From Callorhinchus milii (lineage: Eukaryota): 64,000 nucleotides of DNA. Location: assembly GCF_018977255.1 (NCBI RefSeq), contig NW_024704742.1, positions 69,876,001-69,940,000 of the forward strand, in the 5' to 3' direction. The notes beneath the pieces are model-generated. The model made no database searches. It had not been told where the DNA came from and worked only from the letters and a program-made list of their open reading frames with translations. This document shows, piece by piece, positions 50,412 through 62,991 of this stretch. The translations under genes and the position numbers were made by a program. The first letter of the stretch is position 1, and every line of letters begins with the position of its first letter.

Positions 50412-51365
50412 TCGTCGAGAAAGGAGCACGATAGTCCCAATAAGAGGAGAAGCCAAAGGCCTTAAACACGTTGGCTTATGTATTTGAGTACAGAAATACT
50501 TCTCGTAAGACATGCATACACGTGTGTGCCGCCAGAATATTGGAAGTATTACATGTTGTTATTTTAATATTTAATATTGTAAGATTTAATATGTTACTTT
50601 TTTGAAATATGCATGAACCTGGCACAAGCAAATACATTTTGCTGCAAATGAGTCTATTGTGTTCCTAATATTAATTGTAACATTTGTCCTTATTATTTAA
50701 ACTTTCGTCAAACATCCAGGGCATTTACAAATGGGAGATCCCATTAAACTGCACATCATTGACTCATTGCAAAAAGCTACTGGCATGTAGAACATCCACA
50801 TGCTTCCCCTCAAATATGGGGAAGAACCTGGATTTAAATTTCCTCGTCATACTTAGAAACCATAATTATAGTTTGGGTGCCAGCCTGGTTCAGTTGGTAG
50901 CACTCGCCTCTTGAGTCAGAAGTTTGTAGGTTCAAGCCCCACAATGGGTCTTGGAACTCATATAGTCTCGGCTGACACTGCATTACAGTGCTGGGGGATC
51001 ACTACATTGTTAGAAGTGTGGTCCTTCAGATGAGACATTAACTGAGGTCTTGTCTGCCTTTTCACTTGGACGCTCAAATCCCATGGCACCATTTGAAAAG
51101 AGAAGGGAGTTTTCACTCTGTGTCCTAGACAACAATTCTCCAAATACATTTGGCCACATCTTGGCTGTATGTATGATGTGCACAAGTTGCTGCCACAGTT
51201 GTCTACAAAATACAAAGTGCCAACACTTTACAGTAAAATCCAGTGAAGTGTTTTGAGACCTCCCAACGTGAAAAGCGTTATACCAAATGTAAGGCTTATT
51301 ATTTAATGTTTGATGTATTGTGCTCCTTTCTGTAACCTTTTAATTCGCTGTGTATTCCGTTCCAG

Positions 51366-51467
51366 GAATTGATGACATTCGATAGACAGTGGGCCTGCTT
51401 TTTTNCCAACTTTGACATCGAGGGTTCCTCCTCCATACTGGAGATTTCAGAGGCACAGGCTGGAGAG
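51366..51467 (+). CDS. DNAAF9: DNAAF9 exon 8 (ELMTFDRQWACFFxNFDIEGSSSILEISEAQAGE)
   Basis: ttccag acceptor, GAG|GTGAGA donor, 102 nt; contains an N at 51405 (codon NCC is sense for any base). Confidence 0.92.
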
Positions 51468-53481
51468 GTGAGAAACGGAATGAGAAATTACCGCTATTTT
51501 TTTNCAAATAAACGCAAACTCTTGCAAGACTTAAAACTATTAGCTTTCCAGGCCGGACTATCCAGAATGGGGATGTCCAGTTCACTTGCTGGCTTTTCGA
51601 TGTTCCTGAGTTATAAGCAAGCAGGTTCATTTAACCCTGAAATGTCCCAAGTGCTATGCTGTCCCAAACTCAAAGTAACTGGAGAACCAAACCTTACGGT
51701 TTATTGCTGTGGGAAGTCTTGAGTCAACACAGTGATGATGAATCAGGATAGACACTTTGATAGTGAAGCTTTGTTTTAGTCTTAACCGTCTCCACTTGAC
51801 TGGATGTTTCTCAAGATAACTCTCCAGTCTTGGCTTCAAGTTATAGTTTGTTGCTACACCCAAACCCAACTCATATATTTCATTACTGTTTCTCCCTCAT
51901 TTTTCCCCATTGTCCCATCCCCTCTCTTCCCCCTCCCACCTTTTACAGCCCCTTGCCTCCTCATATGCCTCCTACAGCTGGAAGAGCAGATACATGGGCT
52001 GCAGACTTCTGCATGGCTTCCAACACCAATGCCCTTCCATGGATCAACTGACGGGAGGCATGCTGGTAAGGGGTTGACGTGCCAGTTATTAAACCCCTTG
52101 TTGGGCTTCTGGACTACTCTTGGCAGTATCCCACATACTCTGTCCATCTGAAAGCAAAGGCCGAGTTGACAGTACTGTGGAGTACAGAACCTGCATATTG
52201 CATGAGGGAGAAGTGGGCCTTGATGTCTATGTATGTTTTAAGTTATGAATTCAGTTATAGACTTAAGTTTTTTCTTTCTTTCGTCTTGATATTGTAATCA
52301 TTTTGTATTTGATAAGCATGTGTCGTACCAGCAGCATTTAAGAGTGATCAATGCCTATTTAGTCGCTTACGTCCATCATACTTCTAACATTTGCAGGTTG
52401 TGTAAACGGTTCCATTCAGTTAGATAACTGGTGGAGTTAGTGTAAGCTGCATTACTGGGCTTTCATTGCCCATTTGAATGTGACCACTGCTGTACAATCT
52501 GCTGCATACCTCTCCAATTTAATCTCCCCCCTCCCCGCTTTCTAATACAGTTTAGCATAGAATGTTGCATCCCATTTCACCTGTGGCGATAGCCGAGAAA
52601 CAAGCCATTCAGCTGATGAAATCCCATGGACACGGCCTCAACAAGGGGTTGTTTGTGGCACAGAATTCAACATTCCGGTCACCCTTTGTGCCACAAAATG
52701 TTTTCTAACCTCCGCATTTTAATTCTTTTTATCATTATTTTAATGTGGAGCCCTCTCTTTACTGACGTGCCGAATCATGGAAATGAGTTGAAGATTATTT
52801 TTTGTTTCAAATACAACAGCTAGGAAAGCATCTCAAAGCGTTTCACAAGTACATTGTGGGAACAACAGCTTGCATTTATACAGCACCTTGCACGTGGGTA
52901 GTTTCTCTGAACGCTTAATATTGGTGGAGCTTGATGCCAAGCTAGGGAGAGGAGAGATGATCATAAGCACGGTCGAAGAGGAAGGTCTTCAGATGTGATT
53001 TGAAAATAGGCAAAGGGGGGGTAATGCGGAAGGATTGAGGCAGAGAATTCCAGAGTTTATGGGCATAGTGGCTGAAGGCACAGTTGCTGATTGTGGACCA
53101 TCAGCAAGGAAGTGTAGAAGGCTGGAGCCAGCTGACAAACCAGTTACTTATTTCAGCAAGCTTTGGGAAGAAGTCTACATTCACTCTTGGCTTTTCAGAG
53201 AGTTGGTAATGTAGAATTGTTGAATTCAGGCTTGAAGCCGATTTTCTGCCGTTCTTAAAAAGAAACGTGCAGAAAAATGGCTGCAAAAGTAAACCGAAAT
53301 CTAGAACCAATTCAATTTCTACAACCCACCTCCCCCATAGGATCATGTGCTTCAAGTTTGTAAAAGCATTTCTAAACCATTGTATGACCATTATTCACAT
53401 GAATGAATAATATAGCAAATATTCCAACTTTTGTTTGCACAGGATGTACAGTACTTTTTAGAGATCTATTTTCTTTTTTAG

Positions 53482-53537
53482 CCTTTCAGAAGTTACTTCA
53501 GCCACGGGTTAATAACCAGCCACATTTCGGACAAAAG
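53482..53537 (+). CDS. DNAAF9: DNAAF9 exon 9 (PFRSYFSHGLITSHISDK-S)
   Basis: tttttag acceptor, AG|GTATTC donor; PFRSYFSHG motif. Confidence 0.93.
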
Positions 53538-54306
53538 GTATTCGTTACAGTGCAATTTGTATCCAGATTTCATTACTGTGCAAAGTGCTTACTATGTGAT
53601 TGTACTTAGTCTCTGCACCCTTCCTTTGATGACTACAAATTGTAGCATTTCCGAAACAGAAGGATGCTGCCTCAAGAAGGGTTATAGCACAGAATTCCAC
53701 ATCCCATTCACTGTGTAAAGGAATATTTTCAAACATCCCCCTTTTTTGCCATTATTTTAACTTTGAGCTCTATCTTAATAAAAATATAATAATAATCTTT
53801 GCATTTGATATTTTGATTTGAGTTTGTGCATCCTACAGCTGGAAGGATCCCGAATGTCGGCAACTGAAAAGTCAGAATAAGCAAATGCCTCGACTGTTTG
53901 TGGGGCACTGCTGTGTGCAATTGGCTTCCATGTTTTGCCCACAAAATATACAGTCAATTCACTTTACGATATATTCTGTGAAGCGCTTTGAGACGTCTCA
54001 ATGATGTGATAAGGCGCTATATCAAATGCAAGGATAATATTATAAAATACATAGTCACACCACTTTACAGAATGTCCTGTAAGCGCTTTGACAATGTGAT
54101 AATGCGCTAAATTAAATGCAAGGATTATTATTCTCAAAGTCTTCAGAATATTCCAATTTGAAGATTTCTGTCAAATCTTCTCTGGGTATTTATTACTGCC
54201 AAGTTAAGCAAGAGGGTAAATGATAATGATCAGCATTATAGGGGTATGAAAGGAGACAGTAAATATTAATGCTCTTTATACTTGTTTTATAACACGCTAT
54301 TCATAA

Positions 54307-54702
<396 letters not shown>

Positions 54703-55973
54703 TAAATGTAAATTTTATTATATAATAATGAATTTCATTATGATGTGGGTTTGGTTATAGCAGTGTACCCCACCAAAGTATCTAAATGCAAGTAGAAAGC
54801 CGTCCAACTTGCTTGAAAACACTTGTTTCATTAGGCCCCCATTGCTATCACTTCCTGCATGCTGGGCACGGGAAGTGATGTCAGCAACCTGATGACCTGG
54901 AAGTCAGCCTTTTCTTGGTGCTCAAAGAGCCAGAGATTTGAAACTCAAGCACTGCAACAACAACAGCAGCTTGCATTATGTAGCGCTCTTCACTCTATAT
55001 AATATGGGGCGGGGAAGGGAGGTAGTATCTCAGAGCACTGTCAGGAAGCAATGAAAAGAGTCAGTTTGTGTATCTTTGTTAATGGTGCTGATTTCACCTT
55101 TAGTTACATGGGTAGCTTGGTGTAACTTGACCTGTGTTGGCTCAAGGAACTGATGAACCGGCTGCCAGGCCATCACCTCAGCTTTCTCCTTGTTGCTGCT
55201 CTACATGGCATAGATAACAGTGATCCTCATACAGGCAGCTTGGGCATGAATTGCCCTCTTGTACTGCTCCATACATTGTGTGTTGCCGCTCTAACCTGCT
55301 TCGTTGTTTGACTTTAACTCTGAATTTAAGCACTCTGAGACGCTACCCCTTATGAAGCGCGCTACATAAATAAATGCAAATCATTGTTGAATTGCATTGC
55401 TTTATTCTGAAGATATCTAAAGAGATCAGCTTTTTTGGGTTCATCTCTTTTGATTACAAGATCCTCTCACTCATCTATCATCCTTTCATGAATTGGTAAG
55501 TCCCTGCTTTTCTGAACTCTTTTCCTACTCCACTACCTGTTGCCTCTGCTTGGCTGGCTCTGGCCTCCTACTTGTCTCTTGTTTCCTCCGTTTCACCATT
55601 GTCAGCTGTGCTTTCAGCCACTAGGTCCCTCTCCCTCAAACCCTCCGCCTTGCCCCCTCTTTTAGATCACAAGTGAAGACCTTCCTCTTCATCCGTCACC
55701 TGCTCCCTCCCCCCGACTTGTCGGGCTCCAAGTTGGGCTCCGCCAATGCTTAGCCTTCCGGGACACTGCCCCGCGATAAGGGCACTTTATAAATGTAAGT
55801 TGTTATTTTGAAATAGACCCCAACATTTACTGACCTAAGTATCTAGAAAGCCGGCCAGCTTGCTTCATTAGGTCACCGCCAATGTTACTTCTTGCACGAT
55901 GAGCACCTCCAACGTATAGGAAGTGATGTCAGATATCAGGAAGCAATGAAAAGAGTCAGTATGTGTTGTTTGA

Positions 55974-56078
<105 letters not shown>

Positions 56079-56151
56079 TAAAGTGAATTGTTTTTGTGTG
56101 AAGCCAACCAAATGTAAAATTAACTTGTTTTGTTCTACCTCTTTCCTTCAG

Positions 56152-56188
56152 GCAATGACAATGAGCAACCTAGAAACAAAGAGCTCAC
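56152..56188 (+). CDS. DNAAF9: DNAAF9 exon 12, 37-nt small exon (NDNEQPRNKEL-T)
   Basis: Strong pyrimidine tract plus cag, GTAAGT donor; restores the phase between exons 11 and 13; preceding intron is only 90 nt. Confidence 0.85.
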
Positions 56189-56678
56189 GTAAGTATAATT
56201 TTCCTATTGACTTAATGTTGTGAAGTGTTGAACTCCAGTGCTTTTTTCTCACACAGAAATATAAATAATGAAATGTATCTGATTTTAAAAGCCCTGTTTC
56301 TATTTTAAAGAAACGTAGAGCCTTTCTCCCGTTATCCTGGTTTATATTCAACTCCTCATCCACTCTCTCGGGGGAGCTCTGCATTACCGGAGCTGCCATG
56401 GTAGAGATTAAGATGCATGTTAAAGATATTGTGGCACTATTTGAAATGTGAAGGAAGTTTCTCCTGGTGTCCTGGCAAACTATCACTTAGATAAAATCCA
56501 TTATTCACCTTGTGGCTATTTGTGGGATACTTTTTTGTGTGCAATTTGGCTGCCGTTTTGCCTATAAAGATACATTAACTACAATTAGCAGTAAATCAAA
56601 TGATGTGCTTGGATGCATTAACAAGAGTTAAAGTACAATATTTTTCAGTCACTATTATTACTTTTGTCCTTTTCTCAG

Positions 56679-56763
56679 GGTGTTGCCTCAGATCTATGTG
56701 GCTGCAGTGGAAGCCGTGCTAGCCAGCATCCAATGCTACACAGAAACCTCCAGCGTAAAGAGA
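56679..56763 (+). CDS. DNAAF9: DNAAF9 exon 13 (VLPQIYVAAVEAVLASIQCYTETSSVKR)
   Basis: ttttctcag acceptor, GTGAGT donor; QIY..EAVLA.I.CY..TSS pattern. Confidence 0.92.
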
Positions 56764-57751
56764 GTGAGTGACTTGTAGAACTCAGCTGTTGACAAGTCTG
56801 TAAATATTAATAATATATTAATGACGCGTCTCGACGATGTGATAAGGTGCTATATATAAGTGCAAGGATTATTATTTGCAGATAGATATTGTGGCACAAG
56901 CAGGTAAACATTTACTCAGCGTGTACTCTGTTATTTTGTACTTGTTGCGGGATATTGCAGAAGACGTGGACCCAAGCTGTAGTACTTCCCAAAGACCCTC
57001 CGACTCGCTCACTCTCTCAAAGCCTGCTTCAAGACTTGTCTCTTTGACATTTTCAGTTATTTTGCTCCCCACTCTCTTTGACTCCCATCACCCAGCTCGG
57101 CTGCCCAGCCGGCAATGTGAAGAATTCTGAGATGTCCTCCTGACATGAAAGGAGCTGTATAAATGTAAATCGTGTTGGGTTGATGAACAAACAAGTTCAC
57201 TTTCTGCTTCTACAAGTCTTCTGCAATTTATTTGTTGATTTCCATAGCGTTCGAGTCACAAATTTAGGGACTGTTCAGATGGGACTTGACTTGAGGGGGA
57301 CCCACCCATCCCCCAATTTCAAATCACCTTGTAGCCCTGTTTCATTAAAATTAGTCACTCACGGCTGTTCGTGGGACATTGCTGTGTGCATTTTGTCTGC
57401 TGTGATTTCCCACTGAATACTCACAGTCGCACCACTTTACAGTAAACTCTGTGAAACGCTTTGACGGGTCTCGACGATGTGATAAGGTGCTATATATAAG
57501 TGCAAGAATTATTATTGTTGTCCAGATTCATCCGAGTAATTCTGTAAATGATTGTGTTCTTTGTTGGTCTTTGCAGTCCGCAACTTAGCTTGCCATGTGT
57601 CTCTGTGACAATATTCTATTTGGTTCATTTCTGATTCTGTTCTGTCAAACACTTCAAGATTTTTTTCTATAATGTGAAGAGCATTGTATATATGCAAATC
57701 TATCCTGGGAGATGGAGTAAGGTCATTCTTATTTACTTATCCTGTTCTCAG

Positions 57752-57828
57752 GCCAAAGAAGTTGCTGAGGATGTGTTTCTCGCGACGTTAGATCGCTACA
57801 GTCTCACTCAGTTGAAAACTCTCCTAAG
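57752..57828 (+). CDS. DNAAF9: DNAAF9 exon 14 (AKEVAEDVFLATLDRYSLTQLKTLL-R)
   Basis: gttctcag acceptor, AG|GTAATG donor; AKEVAE motif. Confidence 0.92.
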
Positions 57829-57944
57829 GTAATGAGCGTCACTTTGTGTCTGTGCTACAGAGGTTTTGTGCGAGTGACTAACACTCGACGATGATGAAGC
57901 AATTAACAGATTAAGCGTTCCACAGCCGCATGGTAATTCCTCTA

Positions 57945-58330
57945 TACATTTCTCTATCCTTTCTCTCGTTTTCTCTCTCTCTCATTATCTTCATCATTCT
58001 CTCTCTCTTGTTCTCTTGTTGTCTCTCTCATTCTCCCTCAATCTCACTCTCAATCTCACTCTTTTGTTATCTACCTCTCTCATTCTCTCGTTATAACTCG
58101 CTTTCATTCGCACTCTCTTTCTCCCTCTTTATCATTCTTACTATCTCGGTCATATGAACATAGGAACAGGAGGAGGCTACTCAATCTCTTGAGCCTGTTC
58201 TACCATTCTATTAGATCATGGCTGATCTTTCCCCCTCTCACTCTGTTTTTTTCTCTCTCTCACCGTCTCATTTTTTCCTCTCCCTCATTCTTTCTCCCTC
58301 TCATTTTCTTCTCTCTCATTTTATGTATAA
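57945..58330. repeat. Degenerate (CT)n low-complexity tract with a short CR1 tail inserted (~58155-58228)
   Basis: Pyrimidine-rich simple sequence; gaacataggaacaggaggaggc..tagatcatggctgatct insert. Confidence 0.8.
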
Positions 58331-59237
58331 TTTTTCCCACCCCACACACACCCAAAACCCCTGGATTTGATTCCAGTCTGTATCTCACTGCCTTATTTTA
58401 TATCTAACACTACCCCACCCACCTCCAAAATCCCTTGTGTGTGCATTACTCTATATATGACCCCCCGAACCCCTGGATTAGATTAAATTCCGGCCTGCAA
58501 CGCACATCTATATATAAATCTCATAGCATATTGGTTAGAGCACTTGCCTCGCAAGCAAGAGGACCCGGGTATGATTTCTTGGCAGGGTGAAACCTTGGGC
58601 AAGTTTTGTTACTCTACATGCCTCTGTTTACCTAGCTATAAGTAGGAACTCGGTTGTTAGTGGATTAGCGGATCGCTTTCCGGAAGTAATAATCCCTTCA
58701 AAAAATAATAATAATTTGGTCACTGTTTCTGGGTCACTGCTGTGCGCAATTGGCTGCCGCGTTTTGCCCATAAGATATACAGTGTATTCTGTGAAGTGCT
58801 TTGAGACATCTGAAAGACGTGGTAAGGCTCTGTATCAAATGCAAGGATTATTATTTATTATAATTTTTACATTGAAACTCCAAACATCCCTCTAAATCTT
58901 GTAATCCAGTGTTACTGGGATGGAAGACCAAATCCCAGATGCATCTGTTTAATTGTTAGCGGAGGTGAATTTCCTTCAACTGCCCTTAAAGAGCTAATTT
59001 AGTTTACTTTAATAAGAACTAAATTGTACTATCGGTCCTGGACAGGCTCCTCTAACATATAATGTCCCATTAAAAATGCCAGAACAACATATGTAGTCGT
59101 ATTATTATAGAATCATAGAAATTTGCAGCGCAGAAGGAGGCCATTTGGCCCACCAAGTCTGCACAAGCTAATGTTATCCAAAGCCAGCCAGGGAAGGTTC
59201 ATGTGCATTCACCTGTGTAACATTGAGTTTTAATAAT

Positions 59238-61160
59238 CATAGAATCCTAGCATATTACAGCACAGAAGGAGGCCATTTGGCCTATCGTGCCTGTGCCGGC
59301 TCTTTGGAAGAGCTACCCAAACAGTCCCACTGCCCTGCTCTTTCTCCATATCCTTGCACGATTTTCCTTTTCAAGTACCTATCCAGTTTCCTTTTGAAAG
59401 TTGTTATTGAATCTGTTTCCACCACCCTTTCAGGCAATGTATTGCACACCACAATAACTCTCTGTATATAAAAAAAATTCTCATCTACCCTCTGGTTCTT
59501 TTGCCATTTATCTTGAATCTATGCCCCCTGGTTACTGACCCACCCTCCAGTAGAAACAGTTTCTTCCTATCTACTCCCATCAAAACCACTCATAATTTTG
59601 AACACCTCTATTAAATCTCTTAACCTTCTCTGCTCTAAGGAGAACAATACCAGCTTCTCTAGTCTCTCCACATCACTAAAGTCCCTTATCCTTGGTACCA
59701 TTCCAGTAAATCTCCTCTGCACCCTCTCCCAAGGCCTTGATATCCTTCCTAAAACTTGGTGCCCAGAATTGGACACAATACTCCAGCTGAAACCTAACCA
59801 TCTTGTTCGGCGGTCGGTCATATACAAATAAAACAACAGTGTCTATCTGCGCTTCAAGAAGGATCTCTGTAGCGCAGTGGTTAGAGCACTCACCTCGCAA
59901 GCAAGAGATCCGGGTTAGATTCTGAGCAGGGCGAAACCTTGGGCAAGTTTCCTTACTCCACACACCTGATAATAATCCCTCCAAAAAATACAATAATAAA
60001 TTGGTCATTTTCAATCCACGACTGTTTGTGGGACACTGCTGTGCACAATTGGCTGCTGCGTTTTGCCCACAAATATACAGTCAATTCACTTTACAGTGTA
60101 TTCTGTGAAGCGCTTTGAGACGTCTAGAAGACGTGAAAAGCGCTATATCAAATGCAAGGATTATTATTATCTCAATAACCGATTGACATGGGGACATGAT
60201 TTATACCTCATCAAAAAGATCTTGCATCTTGGAGTGAAATAGCCATATTTGTTTTCGGGTATCTCCTATCGTTTATGAGTTATTTCAGTTTTGCGTTTTT
60301 CGCTGCAGTTACACCTGGTGGCTGCCATGTCAAAGTTGCGTTGTGGCATCCTGCATTGCAGAGCACGCACATAGCCAAGTTGCGGGAACAAAATAAAGAA
60401 CACAGACGAAGCTAAGCTGCGGCAACTACAACAAAATTACATTTTTAAAGCGCCTTTCACGTCGGGAGGTCGTCCCAGTGATTATAAATTATACATTTAT
60501 ATTTATTGTAAAGATGCCTAAGGGAAAATCAAACCTTTCAAGGATAAGTAAAAATGCTAGACAAAAGGGAGAAGGCTCATTAAATGAAACTGAAGAATAA
60601 AGTCCTCCCACAGGAATCTTCCCAGATGAGTATAGATAAAGATTAAATGTGTGTCTGTCTGTGTGTCAATCTACATTCCATATTGGATTCTTTGATTGCA
60701 AACAAAGCTGCGACGGGTACAGCTATTTGATTATAAATGTTCAGCAGAACTTCCTTGTTTTTGTACTCTATGCCTCTATTTATAAAGCCAAAGGATCCCA
60801 TATGTTTTTTGACAGCTCTATCAATCTGTCCTGCCACCTTCAAAGACCTGTGTATGTGAACTCCCAGGTCTCTCTGCTCCTGAACCGCCTTTAAACTGTA
60901 CCCATTGAGTGTATATTGCCTCTCTTCATTCTTCCTTCCAAAATCACCTTACACTTCTCTGCATTAAACTTCATCGGCTACGTGTCTACCCACCTCACCA
61001 GTCTGCCTATGTCCTCCTGCAGTCTGTTACCATCCTCCTCACTGTTTACTACATTCCCAAGTTCTGTGTCATCTGCAAACTTTAAAATTTTGCTCTCTAT
61101 ACCCAAGTCCAAGTCATTTATGTATATCAAAAAGAGCAGCGAACCTAATACCAACCCCTG
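59238..61160 (-). mobile_element. CR1 LINE fragment split at 59800/60727 by a 926-bp insertion
   Basis: Minus-strand GFINRGIEYKNKEVLLNIYN (from 60727) continues into VRFQLEYCVQFWAP..VQRRFTGMVP..LEQRRL (to 59800). Confidence 0.88.
59801..60726 (+). mobile_element. Candidate non-autonomous Helitron-like insertion (contains a nested SINE and an L2 tail)
   Basis: No TSD; A|TC 5' junction; 3' end gctgcgacgggtacagCTAT|T; internal gtctgtct-type motifs. Confidence 0.45.
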
Positions 61161-61440
61161 GTATAATGTTTTTTACCCCTGTTTTCATCCACAAAATACA
61201 TACTTTACAGTATATCCTGTGAGATGTCTCAATGACGTGTTAAGGTGCTGTATCAAATACAAGGATTCTTATATTATTTTCAGTGCTGTAGGTTAAAGAT
61301 TTTTTTTTCTGCCACTAAATGTTATCTTTGAGCATTCCTCAGTTCTTTATTTAACTCTGTGTATCAGTTTTGCATGTATCTATTCTGAACAGTGTCTTAA
61401 AGGATTTTGTATATTAAACTTGCTTTCTTTTAATCTGCAG

Positions 61441-61485
61441 ATCAAAATTATCCTTCTTTATACAAGCTGTGAACAGCCAAGGAAG
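61441..61485 (+). CDS. DNAAF9: DNAAF9 exon 15 (SKLSFFIQAVNSQG-R)
   Basis: tctgcag acceptor, AG|GTTAGC donor, phase 2-2; AVNxQGR motif. Confidence 0.9.
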
Positions 61486-62117
61486 GTTAGCGTTCTTTCA
61501 CTTGTTTTGTATAGTGTTTGAATAATATTAATTCTTTTTTCCCTCTATCTCGCATTGTGTTGTGAAGCGCTTTGGGACTTTCTCCCAGTGTGAAAGACGC
61601 AATGTCAAATGAGAGGATTTTTATAATATAACATTCCTACTCTCATTCTCAACCTGGTGATCGGTATCGGTAAGATTGGGTACTGGTTATTGTGAAGAAT
61701 TACAATGGTAAGACATACTCTCAGCATGCTCCCACTTGCTGACGCATTATACTTGTGCTAGTGGAGTGCCTCTTGGGCATGAACTATACAGGAAAGGTTG
61801 AAAGCACTTGACTTTTCAATGTAATCACAATGACAAATCTGTTAGATTGGGAACTGAGATGATTTGTTTGGGTTTGTGCGTGAGTGTGTTTGTGTGTATG
61901 TGTGTATGTGTACAGGTATGGTTTGATAGTCAAACTTGTGTCAGATTATTTGATTATGAAAATTGATGCCAAGTTAAAGTCCTGCAGTCAAGAGCGTGGA
62001 GTGTTAGAGGTAACTGTGGGTCAGGCCTCCAACAGTGACCTGAATTATCAAATTCAAATGCCAAATACTTGCCAGTGAGATGCCTGAGGGAATAATTCAA
62101 TGTTTTCTTTCCAATAG

Positions 62118-62163
62118 AATTGTGTCCTTGGAGAGCCATACAAGCAAGTTCCTCATAAAAACT
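62118..62163 (+). CDS. DNAAF9: DNAAF9 exon 16 (IVSLESHTSKFLIKT)
   Basis: tttctttccaatag acceptor, GTAAGT donor, phase 2-0. Confidence 0.88.
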
Positions 62164-62871
62164 GTAAGTTTCAGTATTAGGTGTTTCTCTCTCTTCCCCT
62201 TCCCTCCCAAAATGGTTTCAGGCTTTAAGACCATGAATGATCAAACCAGAAGGGAATGGCTTTTGATGTTGGTGTTGTCTGTAGCCCTGCACTTGTGACT
62301 ATAATAATAATAAACTTTGCATCTGATATAGTGCTTTTCACGTCTTCTAAATGACTCAAAGTGCTTCACAGAATAGACGGTAAGGTAATTGACTGTATAT
62401 TTGTGGGCCAAATGCGGCAGCCAATTGCGCACAGCAGTGTCCCACAAACAGTCGTGGTTTGAAGTGACCAATTTATTATTGTGTTATTTTCTTGAGGGAT
62501 TATTATTAGGTGTGTGGAGTAAGGAAACTTGCCCAAGGTTTCACCCTGCCGAGAATCAAACCCAGGTCTCTCGCTTGCAAGCAAGTGTTGTAAGCAGTGA
62601 GCTTCAGGATTTTACTGAAAATAGGAAGCACCGGGGCTATAATTGGTGCAATTGTCCATAGAGCATTGTTCGATTGTCAGGCTATTGAACTTGAGGACAC
62701 ATGATACTGATACCATAGCTTATATTTTTGAGTGGCAGTTCATGACCCCCACCCCAAATCCACCCCACAAACACACATACATATGCACCACATACTCAGC
62801 AATAAATGTCACTGGCTAGCAATTAAGAACAGAAAGCCTAGCTAATATCTGTCTGTGTGCCTCCGTTATAG

Positions 62872-62991
<120 letters not shown>

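Noticed and set aside
51405..51504. N bases at 51405 and 51504 (also 9214) as frameshift or pseudogene evidence
   Set aside because: All sit at the ends of T homopolymers, indicating consensus uncertainty; exon 8 stays in frame.
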